This document shows positions 49,651-63,339 of a stretch of 64,000 bases of DNA, piece by piece. The notes under the pieces were generated by a model that had not been told where the DNA came from, did no database searches, and saw only the letters and a list, made by a program, of their open reading frames with translations. This DNA is from Yuukianura sp. NJ FZ-2021. Its lineage: Eukaryota. Made by a program: the position numbers and the translations under genes. Within the stretch, counting starts at the first letter, position 1; each line of letters starts with the position of its first letter. The stretch lies in NCBI GenBank assembly GCA_046563655.1, contig CM102283.1:6882001-6946000 (forward strand), in the 5' to 3' direction.

Positions 49651-52600
49651 ATGACAATGAGTAATCACGTTAATCGTAATAGTACTCGTCCACATGGAAC
49701 TGCAATTCCACCAAACAATTCACAACAGAAACTCGTCAATTCAGACTACCTTGCCAAACCCAACAATAGAAGAATTCCCATCAATTCCAGCGGTGACCTA
49801 CTACCTTCTTCAGAAGAAAGTTCTATTAGAGATGGAATTACGTGCCAGCAGTGGGTCACAGTCGCAATCCTCTGTTATGTCAATCTCATCAATTATATGG
49901 ACCGTTTCACAATTGCTGGTAAAATTCTTTCCATTGTTGTAATTGATCCAGGGTTTTTGACAGGAAGTAAGGAGCCGGATATTGGATAGAGTCTTAGTAC
50001 TTTTCCTAAAATCGATTTGTAAACCGTAAACCCTAAAAAGTAATTCATTTTGTTTTATTAATGATCCGAATCTTGGCTCCACCCCGATTTTCCAGTTGTT
50101 TATCAACATTCACATAAACAAGATTACAGAATCTGATGTTAATTTTTTTTGTAATTACAGGAGTGCTGCAGGATATCCAAGATGAATTTCATATCAACAA
50201 TGATCATGCCGGACTTTTACAAACCGTATTCGTCGTCAGTTACATGATATTCGCACCCGCCTTTGGGTACTTGGGTGACAGATACAATAGGAGATACATC
50301 ATGGCCGCTGGAGTTACATTATGGAGCCTCACTACTGTGCTCGGATCATTCATGAAGGTAAATCCAAGTAAAGCACTGACAATATTGTTGAAGTTGAAAG
50401 TATTTCAGTTGAAGTAGGTCATGTTAAACCTTAATGCCCTAGTTCTAGAAAACCCTGAAAATCAAGGTATGCCCGGTGGATCTAATCTCGAGTGACATGG
50501 CGGCAAATGATGTAACGTTCAGAATAGATGCAACTTCAAAAGTAGACTTCACAGTTTGGCTAAATAGACGTGATTTATTTTTAGAACTTTTCCATTAGAT
50601 CTTGGCTCCATGTGCTTCGCCCGGCAATTTTCCAATCCTTGTTACAGATTTAGGCTGAGAAGAGATTCCCAAGGACCGGAGAATACCCAGACATTTTAGC
50701 TCATACGATGAAGTATTTTTGAAGGGCTAGGGCAAGGGTTGCATGATTCATGATTCACTTTTAGACTAAACGATAGAAAACAGATTGTAAACAATGGGAA
50801 ATGAGGATGGACATACGCACTACATTACTAAAGTACTGGCAGCTTTTAAGATTTGTTGATTCTTTAGGCTTAAACGTTATGTACTCTTAAATTTCAACCA
50901 ACAGTTATGACAATTCTAGTTTGAGAGGGAATTTTGAATTGAAATGGTGAAATCAGAACTGGTTTAGGAGAGGTTAGCGATTGCACACAGATTTTGAGTA
51001 GGCTGTAATACATGGGGCATGATTACATGGCTTATAATAAGGAAAAATCGATAAAAATCGCTAGGAAACCATCAAAACGTGTAACGCCTTATTTCCTCCT
51101 TTCATTTCGCAAATTACATTTGAAAAGAATTCTAATGACAAATCAAATTTTCGATATGGAACTATTTAGAAATTCTACTCCGGGAAATCAAATTTCCAAT
51201 AAAAAAATTGAATAGCTTTTCTCAGTTGGACAAAGGTTGACATGGTCCATCGTAATTCTTCAGAAATGAGAATGCTGTAACCCGGTAATAGTTTTCCACG
51301 CAATTAAAATGAAAATTTTCCCGGAATAGCCATAATGAGAAAAATGTCTGCGTTTTGTGTAATTCAATTTTTTATAGACTCATTGTTCTACTATGGGCTG
51401 TGGTGATTGGCAAACTGACACCATGCGCATGCTTGTACTCCCAATGGTTAAATATGCTTCGGCTTGTTGGAATTTCCTATTTTTAATTGTACAATTGCAG
51501 CATGTACTCTCCTCATCATTCTTATAATTGAATTTATATCATGCAATTTGGAATTTTTACTTGTAATTATTCGTTTCGTAGTCCAGAAATTCTGGAACAA
51601 GGAAAATGCGCTAATTAAATTAGGCCAATTATGTAAACAATAGAATTTGTTCACCCTAACAATCTGAGAGGCTTGTTTTCTTTGATTTGTCCTTGCATTT
51701 GCCTCAATCGGAGCTACGAATTTGGCACTATGGCTACTGGTACTTGCCTGGCCTTAGTCCAAAAGACCAAAGTCTGCATTGTGGGTTTCTAATTCTGCGG
51801 TTTACGTCAAAGGAGATTGAGGTGTTAACTGGGAAGATAAAACCCAGAATCCGGTGTGACGATGTTGGGCGGGGAATTCTAGGTTCCGGTTAGGTGACAA
51901 TGATAATGTCGCCGTCATCTTCAATTTTTCCGCCGTAGAGTGGAGAGTCAAGGTTTAGGCGCCATTTTAATCTCAATGAAGGCCATAGCCTTGCGTGTTA
52001 AGTTGAGTTTTGGCTCTTAACTCTTTGCTTTGTTGAAAAATTTGGTGCAAAGTTACTGAATTGGAAATGGACTGGCATGGCAGTGTAGTTGAGGCTAAAA
52101 TGCTCACAATTATTTTGGTCTTTGATGCTTGACGAGCATGGAGCGCATGTTTTGAGACGTACGTGTACCATATTACCTACCGTAAATGCTCTAATGCAAG
52201 CGCGTATTCTAATATAAGCGCATACTCTAATGCAAGCGCGGTTTCAGCGGGGGCAAATTGCGATATAAGCGCGGTAGCTAACTTGAGTTTAAAGCAGAGC
52301 CTAGAGCAAAGTGACATCATCTGTTTTTTTAACTTCTATGTTGCTAATTTGACTCAAATCAAAATGTAGCACTTAAATACAAGTTTTAAAAATGATGTAA
52401 CTAAAAGACAATCGTTTGATCTCAGTTTTAAGTTAAAAGTGGTTCAGTATGCTTCTACTACTACCACGGATGGTACCGCAGCTCACTTCGGAATACACCG
52501 AAAACAAGTCTTCAGTTGGCTGAAGCAAAAGGATAAAATCGGTAAAAATTTAACTAATTTTAGCTTTCGACTCGAGAAAACAACTTTCTAAAGAAGCAGA

Positions 52601-55600
52601 CAAAATGGTTTACGATTGGATTTTAAATCAGCGCACCAACCAGCAAAGTGTCTCCTTCAAATCTATTCGTGTGAAAGCTAGGCAACTCTACTCGGCAGTG
52701 CTTCAAACAAACGAATTTCAGGCCAGCAGTGGTTGGCTACAAAAATTTATGAAGCGCTGTGACCTCAGTTTGAGAAAGAAAACCTCGTTGGCTCAAAAAG
52801 GTCCAAATTCGTTGTTTGAGAAGCTTGTTGAGTTCGTCATGTACACTTCCAACCTCGCTGTTACGAATAAAATTTCCAACCCAAATATTATTCCCATGAC
52901 TGGAATATTTTTTGACACGCCAAGTATTACTACAGTGTACCGTGTTACGGTAAGTGTACCGTGTTACGTACGTGTACCGTGTTACATACGTGTAGCGTGT
53001 TAGGTGGAGTAGTAATATGTCCACGTGTAGTGAATCTACTACTCAAGGAAGACGAGATGCATTTTTGAATTAACCCTTAAGCATCAATTGGCTCCTGACT
53101 GAGTAGACCAATTAAAGTAAATTGAAGTTAATGTGAGAGAATACATGCTGAGATGCATTGCGTGATTGTGTGTATGCGTTTTGTAGCATGGGAACTCCGG
53201 ATAATCTGTGGTATAAGTGTACAAATGCGTGGATTTCTCTGTGATGGTGAACAATTGACTGTAAGATGCGTCCAGACTATGGGTCGCAAATCCGTGAGGT
53301 TCAAACAAAATCCGGATTTGGTAATTTTTCGGATTTTAAAAAAAAACAATCCGGATAAATCCGTGGCCCGGAGGTTAAATTTCAACGTGGAAAAGCGATG
53401 TGTTGAACACTTATTCCCAAGTGTACAAACAGTTTATTTTAGTTAACCATACTAAAAACTACAGCATGATTTTTTTTTGGAGGCGCTAAAGTTCCTCAAC
53501 CTCACATATAACACAAGTGCAAGTTGCTCCATTGTTGGAAATGTCGCTGAAATTTAGATCGGACCACTGTCGGAAAAAGTTCGATACCTTTTGTATGTAT
53601 GGGGCCAATTTTTTCTTCCCCAAACCTTGTGCCGATCTAAGTACACCCAACACTAAATTAAATAATGGCACAAGTTTCGTTTATTTTAATCATTTCCCAA
53701 CGCTCAAAAAGCAGCCCGGGGATCGAACACCAACCGGGTTTGCAAGTTATATAAAAATATCAAAAATTATTCCAAATTCAAAAGTCAAAGCTAGCCAAAC
53801 CTAATCAACAGATAATTCACAACATACCGACAACATACCCACAACATACCGACAACATACCGACAACATACCCACAACAAACCGGCAACATACCGACAGC
53901 ATACCGACAACATACCGACAACATACCCACAACATACCGACAACATACCCACAACATACCGACAACATACCGACAACATACCCACAACATACCGACAATA
54001 TACCCACAACATTAGTTAGTATTCTCATAATTAATTTTTTGAAACGGTTGAAAGATATTCCTCGTAAGTTTTCGACTGTTGTTTCTATCACTTAAAAATT
54101 GGTCAAGTTTTTAAAACCATGATCCGGATCAGAAGGGAAAAAAATCCGGATTATGTAAACTTGGATCCGTCAAAAATCCGGATATCCGATCCGGATAAAA
54201 ATCCGGATTGCGACCCCTAGTCCAGACTGTCCAAAGCTTATTCAGATGTCAGAATTTATTGCTAACTTAGGATGATGGTTTCAATAATTCTCAAGAGTGT
54301 GTCATATTCACGATTTGCTTTTAGAAACTTTCACTAGGAAGAACAAGAACGTCAATAAAAGGCTGATGATTAATAGTTGTTTGCTTAGCTTGTCTAAAAA
54401 AAGCTGACATTTACAGGAAGAGACGAATACAATGTTTAATGTTCAAAGTTGAACTTGACTTAAAAAGTTAGTAACGCTTTTATAAAACTTTTAGCAGATC
54501 AACAAACTGGATGAGTCAGATAATGTTTCCTGTGTACGTAGATATAAAAGTTATGACTAGCACTGCGAGTTAAGTCTAAACGATTTATTATTGTGGGAAA
54601 ATATTTCGGAGCAAATGAATTTCCTGTAAAACTAATTTTATGAATTTCGGAAATGAATTTTTTTTTGTTTATGATATATGAATATTATAATATTAAATTA
54701 TAATTTATTTTGGTTTTTTGTTTTGCAGAGTTTCGGCTGGTTTATGGCATTCCGAGCGACGGTGGGTATCGGCGAAGCGAGCTATTCGACAATTGCTCCT
54801 ACGATAATCAGTGACTTGTTTGTTGGGAAGAGACGCTCAAGAATGTTGGCTATTTTCTATTTCGCCATTCCAGTTGGAAGGTAATGAAAACGAATGCAAT
54901 AAATTGAAATGGCAAAGGTCACCTCTGTGTGACCTTCACTAGATTAGATCATAGTTGATGTGAATTGACTAATCCCATGACTTTAATTTTTAGTGGACTC
55001 GGGTACATTGTTGGATCGGAGGCGGCTAAACTGGGTGGGTCGTGGCACTGGGGACTTAGGGTTACGCCAGTACTTGGAGCCATTGCGGTAATCTTGATTC
55101 TGATTGCCATGGTTGAACCTGCGAGAGGAGACAGTGAAGGAGGACATCATTTAAAAACTACATCCTACAAAGAAGACTTGAAGTATTTAGTTAAAAAGTA
55201 AGTTAAAAATTGGGATATACTGAAACCTTCTTGGGCAGTTTCTAATTGGTTTCATTTTTGTTTGTCACAGTCGTAGTTTTATGTTATCCACACTTGGATT
55301 CACTTGTGTGGCTTTTGTGACCGGTGCTCTTGCGTTTTGGGGCCCAAAGTTCATCATGTTAGGCATAAGAAGTCATACGGGCGAATGTCGAAACATGGCA
55401 ACGTAAGGAAACATGACAATTTACGGTGATTTGGAACCAAATGAAAGCAGTGCTAATTTGTGTTAATATTTGCAGAGTATCTCTTGTATTTGGTGTTATT
55501 ACGATGTTCTCTGGGCTACTTGGAGTACCTTCGGGCATGTATCTTTCGACTTCACTCAAGCGAAGGAATCCAAGAGCAGATCCACTGATATGTGCGTTCG

Positions 55601-56400
55601 GTCTGCTTACGAGTACGCCATTGATGTTCCTTGCTGCAGTTGTGGCAGGTTACAATGAAATTGGGTGCTACGTCCTCATTTTCTTTGCATCTCTTTGCCT
55701 GAATCTCAATTGGTCCATTGTAGCAGATATGCTATTGGTATGAGCTCACTCTCATTTGTTATGTTAATGTCGAGTAATTTTAAAGATGTTGGAACTTTAT
55801 GTTTGAATTATGTATTTTCAGTATGTGGTAATTCCTACAAGGAGATCAACTGCCGAGGCGTTCCAGATTCTTTTGTCACATACACTGGGTGACGCAGGAA
55901 GTCCGTATCTCATTGGATTGGTAAGCATTGAAAATGTGAAATGGTGAAGTTGGCATGGGTGAAACAAAACTATTGGCAACTTTTTATGTAAATTCTCAGG
56001 TCTCAGAATATTTATATGCTGCCATGATCGCCGATCCATCCATGTCTTCCGTATCCCCTGGTGACATTAGGTGTGATACGAGCAATTCTACCGAAGCCGC
56101 GAAAGATCCTATCCTAGAATTTAAAAGTCTGCAGTTCTCTCTGTTCATAACAACATTTGTGGAAGTATTGGGTGGATTATTCTTCCTAATGACAGCCTGG
56201 TATATCATTTCTGACAAGGCAAAAGCAGACAAAACGATTTGTGGTAAGTGTAAAGTTTTATAGTTTACGACAAAGTCAATGTTCGAAGGAAAATGTTTTT
56301 CTACAATTTTTTCCTGTTCACAGGATTCACCGATAATACAAATCCTGCAGAGAATGAGGCTGATGAAGTTTCTTCTTCTTCGTCGACTCCATCCTTTTGA
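49651..56400 (+). CDS. spin: Spinster, MFS lysosomal lipid transporter
   Basis: [84 protein letters not shown]; ~4.4 kb second intron. Confidence 0.96.
52180..52950 (+). mobile_element. Internally deleted pogo/Tigger-like DNA transposon
   Basis: TA|CCGTAA...TTACGG|TA ends; subterminal CTAATRYAAGCGC repeats; Brinker-type HTH remnant ([14 protein letters not shown]) and CENP-B HTH ([14 protein letters not shown]); breaks off at the start of the DDE domain. Confidence 0.8.
53278..54219. mobile_element. Non-autonomous hAT element
   Basis: 8-bp TSD GTCCAGAC at 53270-53277 and 54220-54227; TIRs TATGGGTCGCAA / TTGCGACCCCTA; repeated subterminal ATCCGGAT. Confidence 0.88.
53819..54011. repeat. 11-bp minisatellite (ACAACATACCG/C)n
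   Basis: Directly visible, about 17 units, inside the hAT element. Confidence 0.95.
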
Positions 56401-57049
56401 TGTGCGAATTTATCAATTATTGGCGAAAACTTACATCACGCTAGTCAATCAGATCAGAGATGTGTCATTCTCATTCCGTGTTTCTCGTTCCGTTCCGCCA
56501 AAGTTGAATTAAGACGACCTAGAATTCAAAGACAAAGATTATGCCAACAAGACTGCTTTTTGAATCGTGTGAGAAAAATTTGAGCATGCCAATGAATGAA
56601 ACAAAGTCGGAACGAAGGGAACCTACTTGAAGATGTTGAAGTTTTGTCTAAACCTTAACGTACAAGGAAACATTTTTATACATTGAAATTAAACAGATAT
56701 TATGTGAATTAGGATTGTTAGTTAATTAGGTGTAAGCTGTAAAGTAATCCTTTAATATGTTAGTCGCCAAATGCACATAGCTAAATCTGTGTGCTTATTT
56801 GGAAGTTATTACAAGCCAGAGTGTCGACTGGACCTAAATTATTCTGCTACTATACAACAATTTCAATTTGTAACAATAATTAATGAACAATAAGGAATCT
56901 TGTATGTCTTAATTTTCTTTGTTCCTTAGTTAAACGTAATTTATTTATCAAAATTACAAGGATTTACTCTGTCAAGAGTGTAAACAAAATGATATACCGT
57001 TCAACGTGTTACAAAATAAAAAACGATTGGTCCTCAACAACGTTTATGG

Positions 57050-57620
57050 TTTTATTAAGTATCGTCAGATACTTATAGGGCTCGTCTTGTCCGTCTGTCA
57101 GTCTGTCCGTCTACTAAATTTTTAACTTTTTGGAATTTGGAATTATGTTATTTAAAAAGAGTGATTTTCCTACTACATTTTTAACTTTTTGGAATTTCCA
57201 ATTATGTTATTTAAAAAGAGTGATTTTCCTACTAAGTATTTAACTTTTTGGAATTTGGAATTATGTTATTTAAAAAGAGTGATTTTCCTACTAAACTTTT
57301 AACTTTTTGGAATTTCCAATTATGTTATTTAAAAAGAGTGATTTTCCTACTAAATTTTTAACTTTTTGGAATTTGGAATTATGTTATTTAAAAAGAGTGA
57401 TTTTCCTACTAAATTTTTAACTTTTTGGAATTTGGAATTATGTTATTTTAAAAGAGTGATTAAAAATAGTTACTAATTAGTTGGCCAGGTTTTCGGCCAA
57501 AGGTCAAGTTATTAATAGCGAAAGCTATGAATAATAGTATCCGTGTCTGTCTGTCTGCAATCTACCGCAATTATCTCGGAAACTAGCGAACCGATGTTAT
57601 CCCGGTTTTCACCAGGTGAC
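57050..57620 (+). mobile_element. Helentron/DINE-1-like non-autonomous element remnant(s) around a tandem array
   Basis: GTCCGTCTGTC microsatellite at ~57090 and TCTGTCTGTC followed by ATCTCGGAAACTAGCGAACCGAT at ~57545-57595, resembling the DINE-1/HINE core; boundaries uncertain. Confidence 0.45.
57111..57460. repeat. ~59-bp tandem repeat, six copies
   Basis: Unit CTACTAAATTTTTAACTTTTTGGAATTTGGAATTATGTTATTTAAAAAGAGTGATTTTC. Confidence 0.95.
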
Positions 57621-58014
57621 ATTTCATGTCTTGTGTCAATTCAAGTTTATCATATCAAAACCCATATTACTCGGCGCCAAAAGCACAGTCATCTTCGTTT
57701 CTTTTCGTTAAGATCTGAAGATAAAGCCTTTTATGCTGAAGATAGGAAAAACTCCAACGGATGGAAAAACTACATATTTTAATTACTTTGCTTTGGAGAA
57801 CTTAAATGTAGTGGAAAACGAAATCATCAATCACAACAATCCCTAAGTTAACCTCGTCTAATTTTAACAATGATCGACGAAAGAAGCGTCAACTAATTAA
57901 TTAACTAATTTCATAGTCATGGTTGGTTCAGTTCGTAACTCATAACGTACAGATATTTCTTGCCATTTCTTGCTTGACAACTGAGACCACTGTGAGGATG
58001 GAGACACGCCCAAT

Positions 58015-60971
58015 TTAGTTAGTTTCTCCTGCAACAACGCAAGGACGGTGGACTTTGTCGGCCCCACTGACGTGACCAGCAACTTTCTTGATCCCAGTAC
58101 CGATATGCCCATGTATCTTAGCATTCATACCGTTTTTATGAAGGTGGAGGTGAGAATTAGGCTGGAGACCCACTGCTGCCCGAATGAGATTCTCTACCAT
58201 GGCTCTCTGTCTAGAGAGACAAGTTGTGGTGGAATTAATTGGGGCTTTGAGCCAATATCCCAAAAATTCTCCCATGTCGAGGTCCACGACCTCCCCACCC
58301 ACGGTGACCTTCATACGCTGAAACAGTTCGAGGAAGATTACGAGGTCAAGCATTATGGGAGCAGCGAGTAGACTGTCTTCACAGGTATTGTGGATCACAA
58401 GAGTATTCTTCCCTCCCATTCCAATGGCACTGATGTATTCATCCATTGCCCGTTTGGAATCTCCCACGTAGGGAATGTATTTAATAACGATCAAGTGATC
58501 TGGTCCTTTTCCTTCGGGGAAGAGTTCCCTATTCATCCCTACGATTTCATCACAGACGCCCAATTTAGTCACCTCCTTGGATCTATATGAACAATAAAAC
58601 ATGACAAAACACGGAGTGTAATAATACTGTCGAAGAAAATAGTTATAACTATCTTCGATAGTACAGGGTGGGCCGCTTTTTTTAGCACCAGCTGATTAGC
58701 TGTGTTGATCGCAGTTAATTGGATTTGGTTTTAAATTTATCATATTTGGTATTAAACTCATTGGTATATCATATGCTTCAGTTTTATGCAAAATATGATT
58801 GATTTAAAACCAAATCCAATTAACTGCGATCAACACAGCTAATCAGCTGGTGCTAAACAAAGCGTCCCACCCTGTATAATAATTAAGGAAATGATTGGAA
58901 AAATGAATATCTAACAAATGAATTGAACTTTAGGTTAAAAGTTGTGTACGGAATTTACCTAAATGTATGTGGGGCACTCAGATTCTTCCCATCATTATTC
59001 CCCAAGTGATTGTAGCTAACGATGGACTCTGGCCTTAGCCCAGCTCCAACCAAGTATTCCAGCAGGGTAGATTTCAATTTGGTTTGTCCCGTCTTTAGAT
59101 CGTCCCCACAAACTGCCACATGAAGTGTTGATGCCAATTCAAGGACACCCGGAACCAAAGTGTTTTGTGGTGATCCGTTGATATAAGCACACTAAAATAT
59201 ACACAATAGCCTTTTTTGACATTTCGGGTTTCCACAAGATTTAGGGTATTCCATGAGTCTTTGGGAAATTTCGCGCAAGCTTTGGGAAATTCCGTGAAGG
59301 GTTGGGAATTTTGCCGAAGCTTTGAGAAATTGCACGAAGGTGTTGGGAAATATCGCGAAGATTTGAGAAATTGCACGAAGGTGTTGGGAAATATCGCGAA
59401 GCTTTGAGAAATTGCAGAAAGGTTTTGGGAAAGAGGAGGACTAGCGAAATTTGGTCGGAAGTTTGGGAAATTTCCCGAAGCTTAGGGAAATTTCATGCGC
59501 AGGTTTGTGAAATATTCACGTTTGGGAAATATGCAGAGTAATAGAGAATTTCTCGGAAGTTGGAGAAAGGACAAGTACGCATTTGTACAGGCCTGGGCCC
59601 TCGCGAGGAAATGCATTACGCGAGATAGGAGATGAGATGAGAGAAATGAATGGGAGAAAAACTCCATGTTATTCTCCCATCTCGCACAATGCAAAACTCC
59701 CTGGGCCCAGAGGAATCCAAAGCATAGGCAAATGCGGACATGTCCTTTCCCGGAGATTTTTCGAGAATTTCTCGAAGTTTAAGCAGTTGAGTAATTTAGC
59801 GTGCCGCACCGGTTGACACACTTTTTCCATCCAGGGGGTTCAATATTCATATAATAAATTACCTATACCGAATAAAAGGATTTACTACTGAATTTAGTCA
59901 TTACGTTTTCTTGAATGGCAGCGATAGCGTACAAAGTGGATGGTGAAATTTCCTTAGCTTCTTGTTCCAATGCCACGCTCAAATTGGCCCAAGTATCATT
60001 AAGTCCTGGAATGACTTCTGAAAAGCACTCAGTATTTCCCACCCACATCACCACCACTTTGTCAAGGTTCTTCTTCTCCTTGAACTCTCGAATATCAGCT
60101 CGTAACTAATAAATTCATTGAAATTTTAGAATCCTTCTGAGATCTACTCAAAGGAATTAACCATTGAGAGCAGCAAGCTTACCTGCAGGACCATTTCGAA
60201 TTTCGATCCACTAAGGACATTGTCAGCGCGATCCGCTTGATTTGCTGCAACGAACTCCTGAATGAACGCGCCCCGACGAGGATGTATTGTTTCCATGTAA
60301 GGTTTCAATTGTTGTTGCAATTCCCATTCGAACACGCCAGCACGCTCCATGGCATCTCCCAGATTCATTGACGAAATATCCCAACCATCCACGACAATAT
60401 CTAACGGATTCACCAATGGAATCTAAATTTTAAGAAAAAATTAATTATCAGGCAATTTACATTAACGGATTTTAGAAAACGTTGCAAGTACGTTACCAAG
60501 TCTTTGACTGGAACGAATAGTTCAGTCCCATCCTTATCAAGTCCCATGGAGACAGTTCCTACTTGACTCACAGATCCTAGAAAATCTGCTTTCTGGATAC
60601 CCGTTTTCGTGTGCCATTGGAATCCATGTTTGTTTGCCAACAAAGTCCCTACCAAGGTCGTTGCATTATTGCCTCCTAAACCAACCATCATTAAGCCCAG
60701 TTTAGGTAGCCGGACACTCGTCTCAACTTCCATGGGTACAGAACTTGAGGATACCTAAGAGCCAACGATGAAATTTCTACTTAACTCGTAACGTAGTTTA
60801 AAATTCTGTAAATTAATTCGGGAATGTTTCATCATTACTTACCGAGATGGTTCCATCCGGACGCCGTGTTGGAGTCGTAGACTGATAGGTCAGGGACGAG
60901 TGAATGACCTCCAATCCGTAAGTGACATGCGGACTCTCAATTTTGACTGAATTTTGGGGTAGAGGAGACAT
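58015..60971 (-). CDS. Inos: Inositol-3-phosphate synthase (MIPS)
   Basis: [80 protein letters not shown]. Confidence 0.96.
58664..58874. mobile_element. Tc1/mariner-type MITE in an Inos intron
   Basis: TA|CAGGGTGG...CCACCCTG|TA with ~70-bp near-perfect inverted arms (TAGCACCAGCTGATTAGCTGTGTTGATCGCAGTTAATTGGATTTGGTTTTAAAT). Confidence 0.9.
59216..59540. repeat. Degenerate ~21-bp tandem repeat in an Inos intron, probably TE-derived
   Basis: Recurrent TTGGGAAAT..CGCGAAG / TTGAGAAATTGCACGAAG units. Confidence 0.75.
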
Positions 60972-61217
60972 CCTTCACAAAGCGACGAGAACTTTTTTAG
61001 GTAAAGGAAAAAACTAAATTTTGAATCAAACTAAAACTGGGCGAGGAAACGTTTTCTGGTAAATGAGAAGCATCCCATTTATATTTATATTGAAGAGTTA
61101 TTACACGTCAGGCTTCAGGAACCACTTCAATTCATCGGTCAATAGGTGACATCACCACCAAGAGTCAATAGAAGATAATTTGGAGGTGAAAGGTGAAGCG
61201 GATCTCACAGTCGATTA

Positions 61218-62152
61218 AGGCCCTTTCCCACCGGCATCCGTAGATGGAAATTCCACAGAAACCTGTCTGTGGACATATGGCTATTCTTTCTCTATAATTA
61301 ATATCATGAAACCCTAAGACTACCGGATTTTTCACAATTCTTCTTCGCTATCTGAATGTAACATAATTCCTCATTTTAATAAATTGCTTAAAAGCTTACG
61401 TAAAAAACTTATAAGTAGTATTCTATTTACCTTGGTCTGTGGATACTTTTTCAATGGATGCGGATTGTGCCGACACACACCGCAGCTAAAGAATATATTT
61501 CACACAAAATCTCTCCGTGAACACTCCGTCCATGAATTTATGTGTGAATGAGAAATTTCTAGTCCGTTGGAATTTTCTCAGTCATCTGCTGTAATTTGAT
61601 CATGTTGTCTTAAAGCTAGCGGAACAGCAATACTGGACAATTTTCAGTACTGTAGTACCATAAGATAATTAAGTCAGGTAAATGAAGAATTTTTATTTAT
61701 CTACTCGCGCCAGCGACCGGATGTTGTGAAATTAATTAGTAAAGATTTAATTAATAAATAACATTAACTGAAGCCATGTTTTAAATAATTTTGTTTCTTG
61801 AAATTTTGTTTGTAGTATATTTTTGACAAAAAAAAATGGAATCCAAAACTGTCCGGACCAAAAGTTGAAAAATCCAACTTTTGAGGTTCCTATCTCTTTC
61901 AATGTACTGGGGTTTTTCCCGAATCCGGTTAGTTTGTCAGTTTGTTAGTTCGTTAGTTCTAATGCGCCAAAAATATTTACATCGGGAACGAATGAAAATA
62001 TGCCCCGTTAGAACTTGAAACGGGAGTGCGGTGTGGGGTGAACGAAAATCCGTCCACGGAAGAAGTTTTACAGATAGCTTTTCGGTGTGGCTTCTCTCAT
62101 GGACGATTCGTGGGTGGAAATTCCATCCGTTGATTACGGTGTGTAACCGCCT
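61218..62152. mobile_element. PIF/Harbinger-like non-autonomous element upstream of Inos
   Basis: TTA at 61215-61217 and 62153-62155 flanks imperfect TIRs (AGGCCCTTTCCCACCG...GATGGAAATTCCAC and GTGGAAATTCCATCC...CGGTGTGTAACCGCCT). Confidence 0.6.
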
Positions 62153-62492
62153 TTATCGTCACTTACTGGATGGGTAAGAGTGTGAGATAAGGTCCTCATG
62201 AAAGCATCGTATGACTGGTCTCATTCATTACAGTACATTTCTAAATTGACGCGTCTGGGCAGACGACGTCACATTCGACCTTCACCTGTTATTGCCAATG
62301 TCAATGTGAGGCACGGGTAATATTGACTGCAATAAACCGTCCGTAATGATAATAGCGAAGAATAGGGAAGTTTTGTAAATCACACTGAAGCCCCCCTCCT
62401 CCAAAAGTGAGCGGGGGTGTGTTCCCCCCACTTCCCCCCCCCCCGGGGTAGTGGGGGTATGTTCCCCCCACTTTCCCGCCCCCCAGGGGGTG

Positions 62493-62755
62493 TTGACAGG
62501 TGAGACGTGACAGCTGAGGCGTGACATGTGACAGGTGAGACGTGACAGGTGACACCCGGCAAGTGACAGGTGACACCCGGTATGTGAATGGTGACACCCA
62601 ATTAACAGGTGACAGGTGACACCCGGCAAGGGACAGGTGACAGGTGACACCCGGCAAGGGACAGGTGACAGGTGGCACCCGGCAAGGGACAGGTGACAGG
62701 TGACACCCGGCAGGTGACAGGTGACACCCGGCAAGTGACAGGTGACACCCGGTGG
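62493..62755. repeat. GC-rich minisatellite of GACAGGT / GACACCCGGCAAG units
   Basis: Directly visible; preceded by poly-C/poly-G tracts at 62390-62490. Confidence 0.9.
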
Positions 62756-63339
62756 ACACAGTGCATGTGTAAAGTGTTATGTCAACTGCGAAATAGTTTT
62801 TTTGCTAAGCAGAAAACCAAGTCCCATGCCAATTGCCTTTCCAGTCTCACAAGCAGAGTTTTTGTTACACACACTTGCATTACAAATGACCTTTGAAATC
62901 CATTTTGACTCGGAAGGAGGTGACCTAGTGTCACACATTAAACCCAAAACTTGTTCTTCTCGATGAGATGAACAACTTTTGTAGAGGTCATTTTCCCGGT
63001 TACCAGGGATAAAACTGGTTGACCTTGACCTTTGAAGCGGACAGGGACTGACGAGGGACGGATTCGGAACTCCGGAGGAAACCGAGTGCGTAGGAATAGG
63101 TAGAGTAGGAGGACTATGTTCTCGAGATAGGATACAGAAATATTCTCATTCACAATTTTCTGTAGCGGGAGTCTCTTCCCAACCTTCAACAAGTGAACAT
63201 CTCAATAAAAGTTATTCCATTAGTTCACTTTGTTGTTTCCGACCATTTTCATTTTCTAGTTGATGTTGGCACATTAGGAGAACCTACTATTGTTGACCTC
63301 AGGTCAAATCTTCTCTCCAGGAAGATTCGACCTGAACTG

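Noticed and set aside
53712-53742. B-box-like GTTCGATCC on the minus strand
   Set aside because: No cloverleaf or A-box; not a tRNA.
53791-54091. ORFs of repeated [11 protein letters not shown]
   Set aside because: Translation of the 11-bp minisatellite.
62282-62759. ORFs of repeated CHLSPV/GVTCHL
   Set aside because: Translation of the GC-rich minisatellite; open in several frames.
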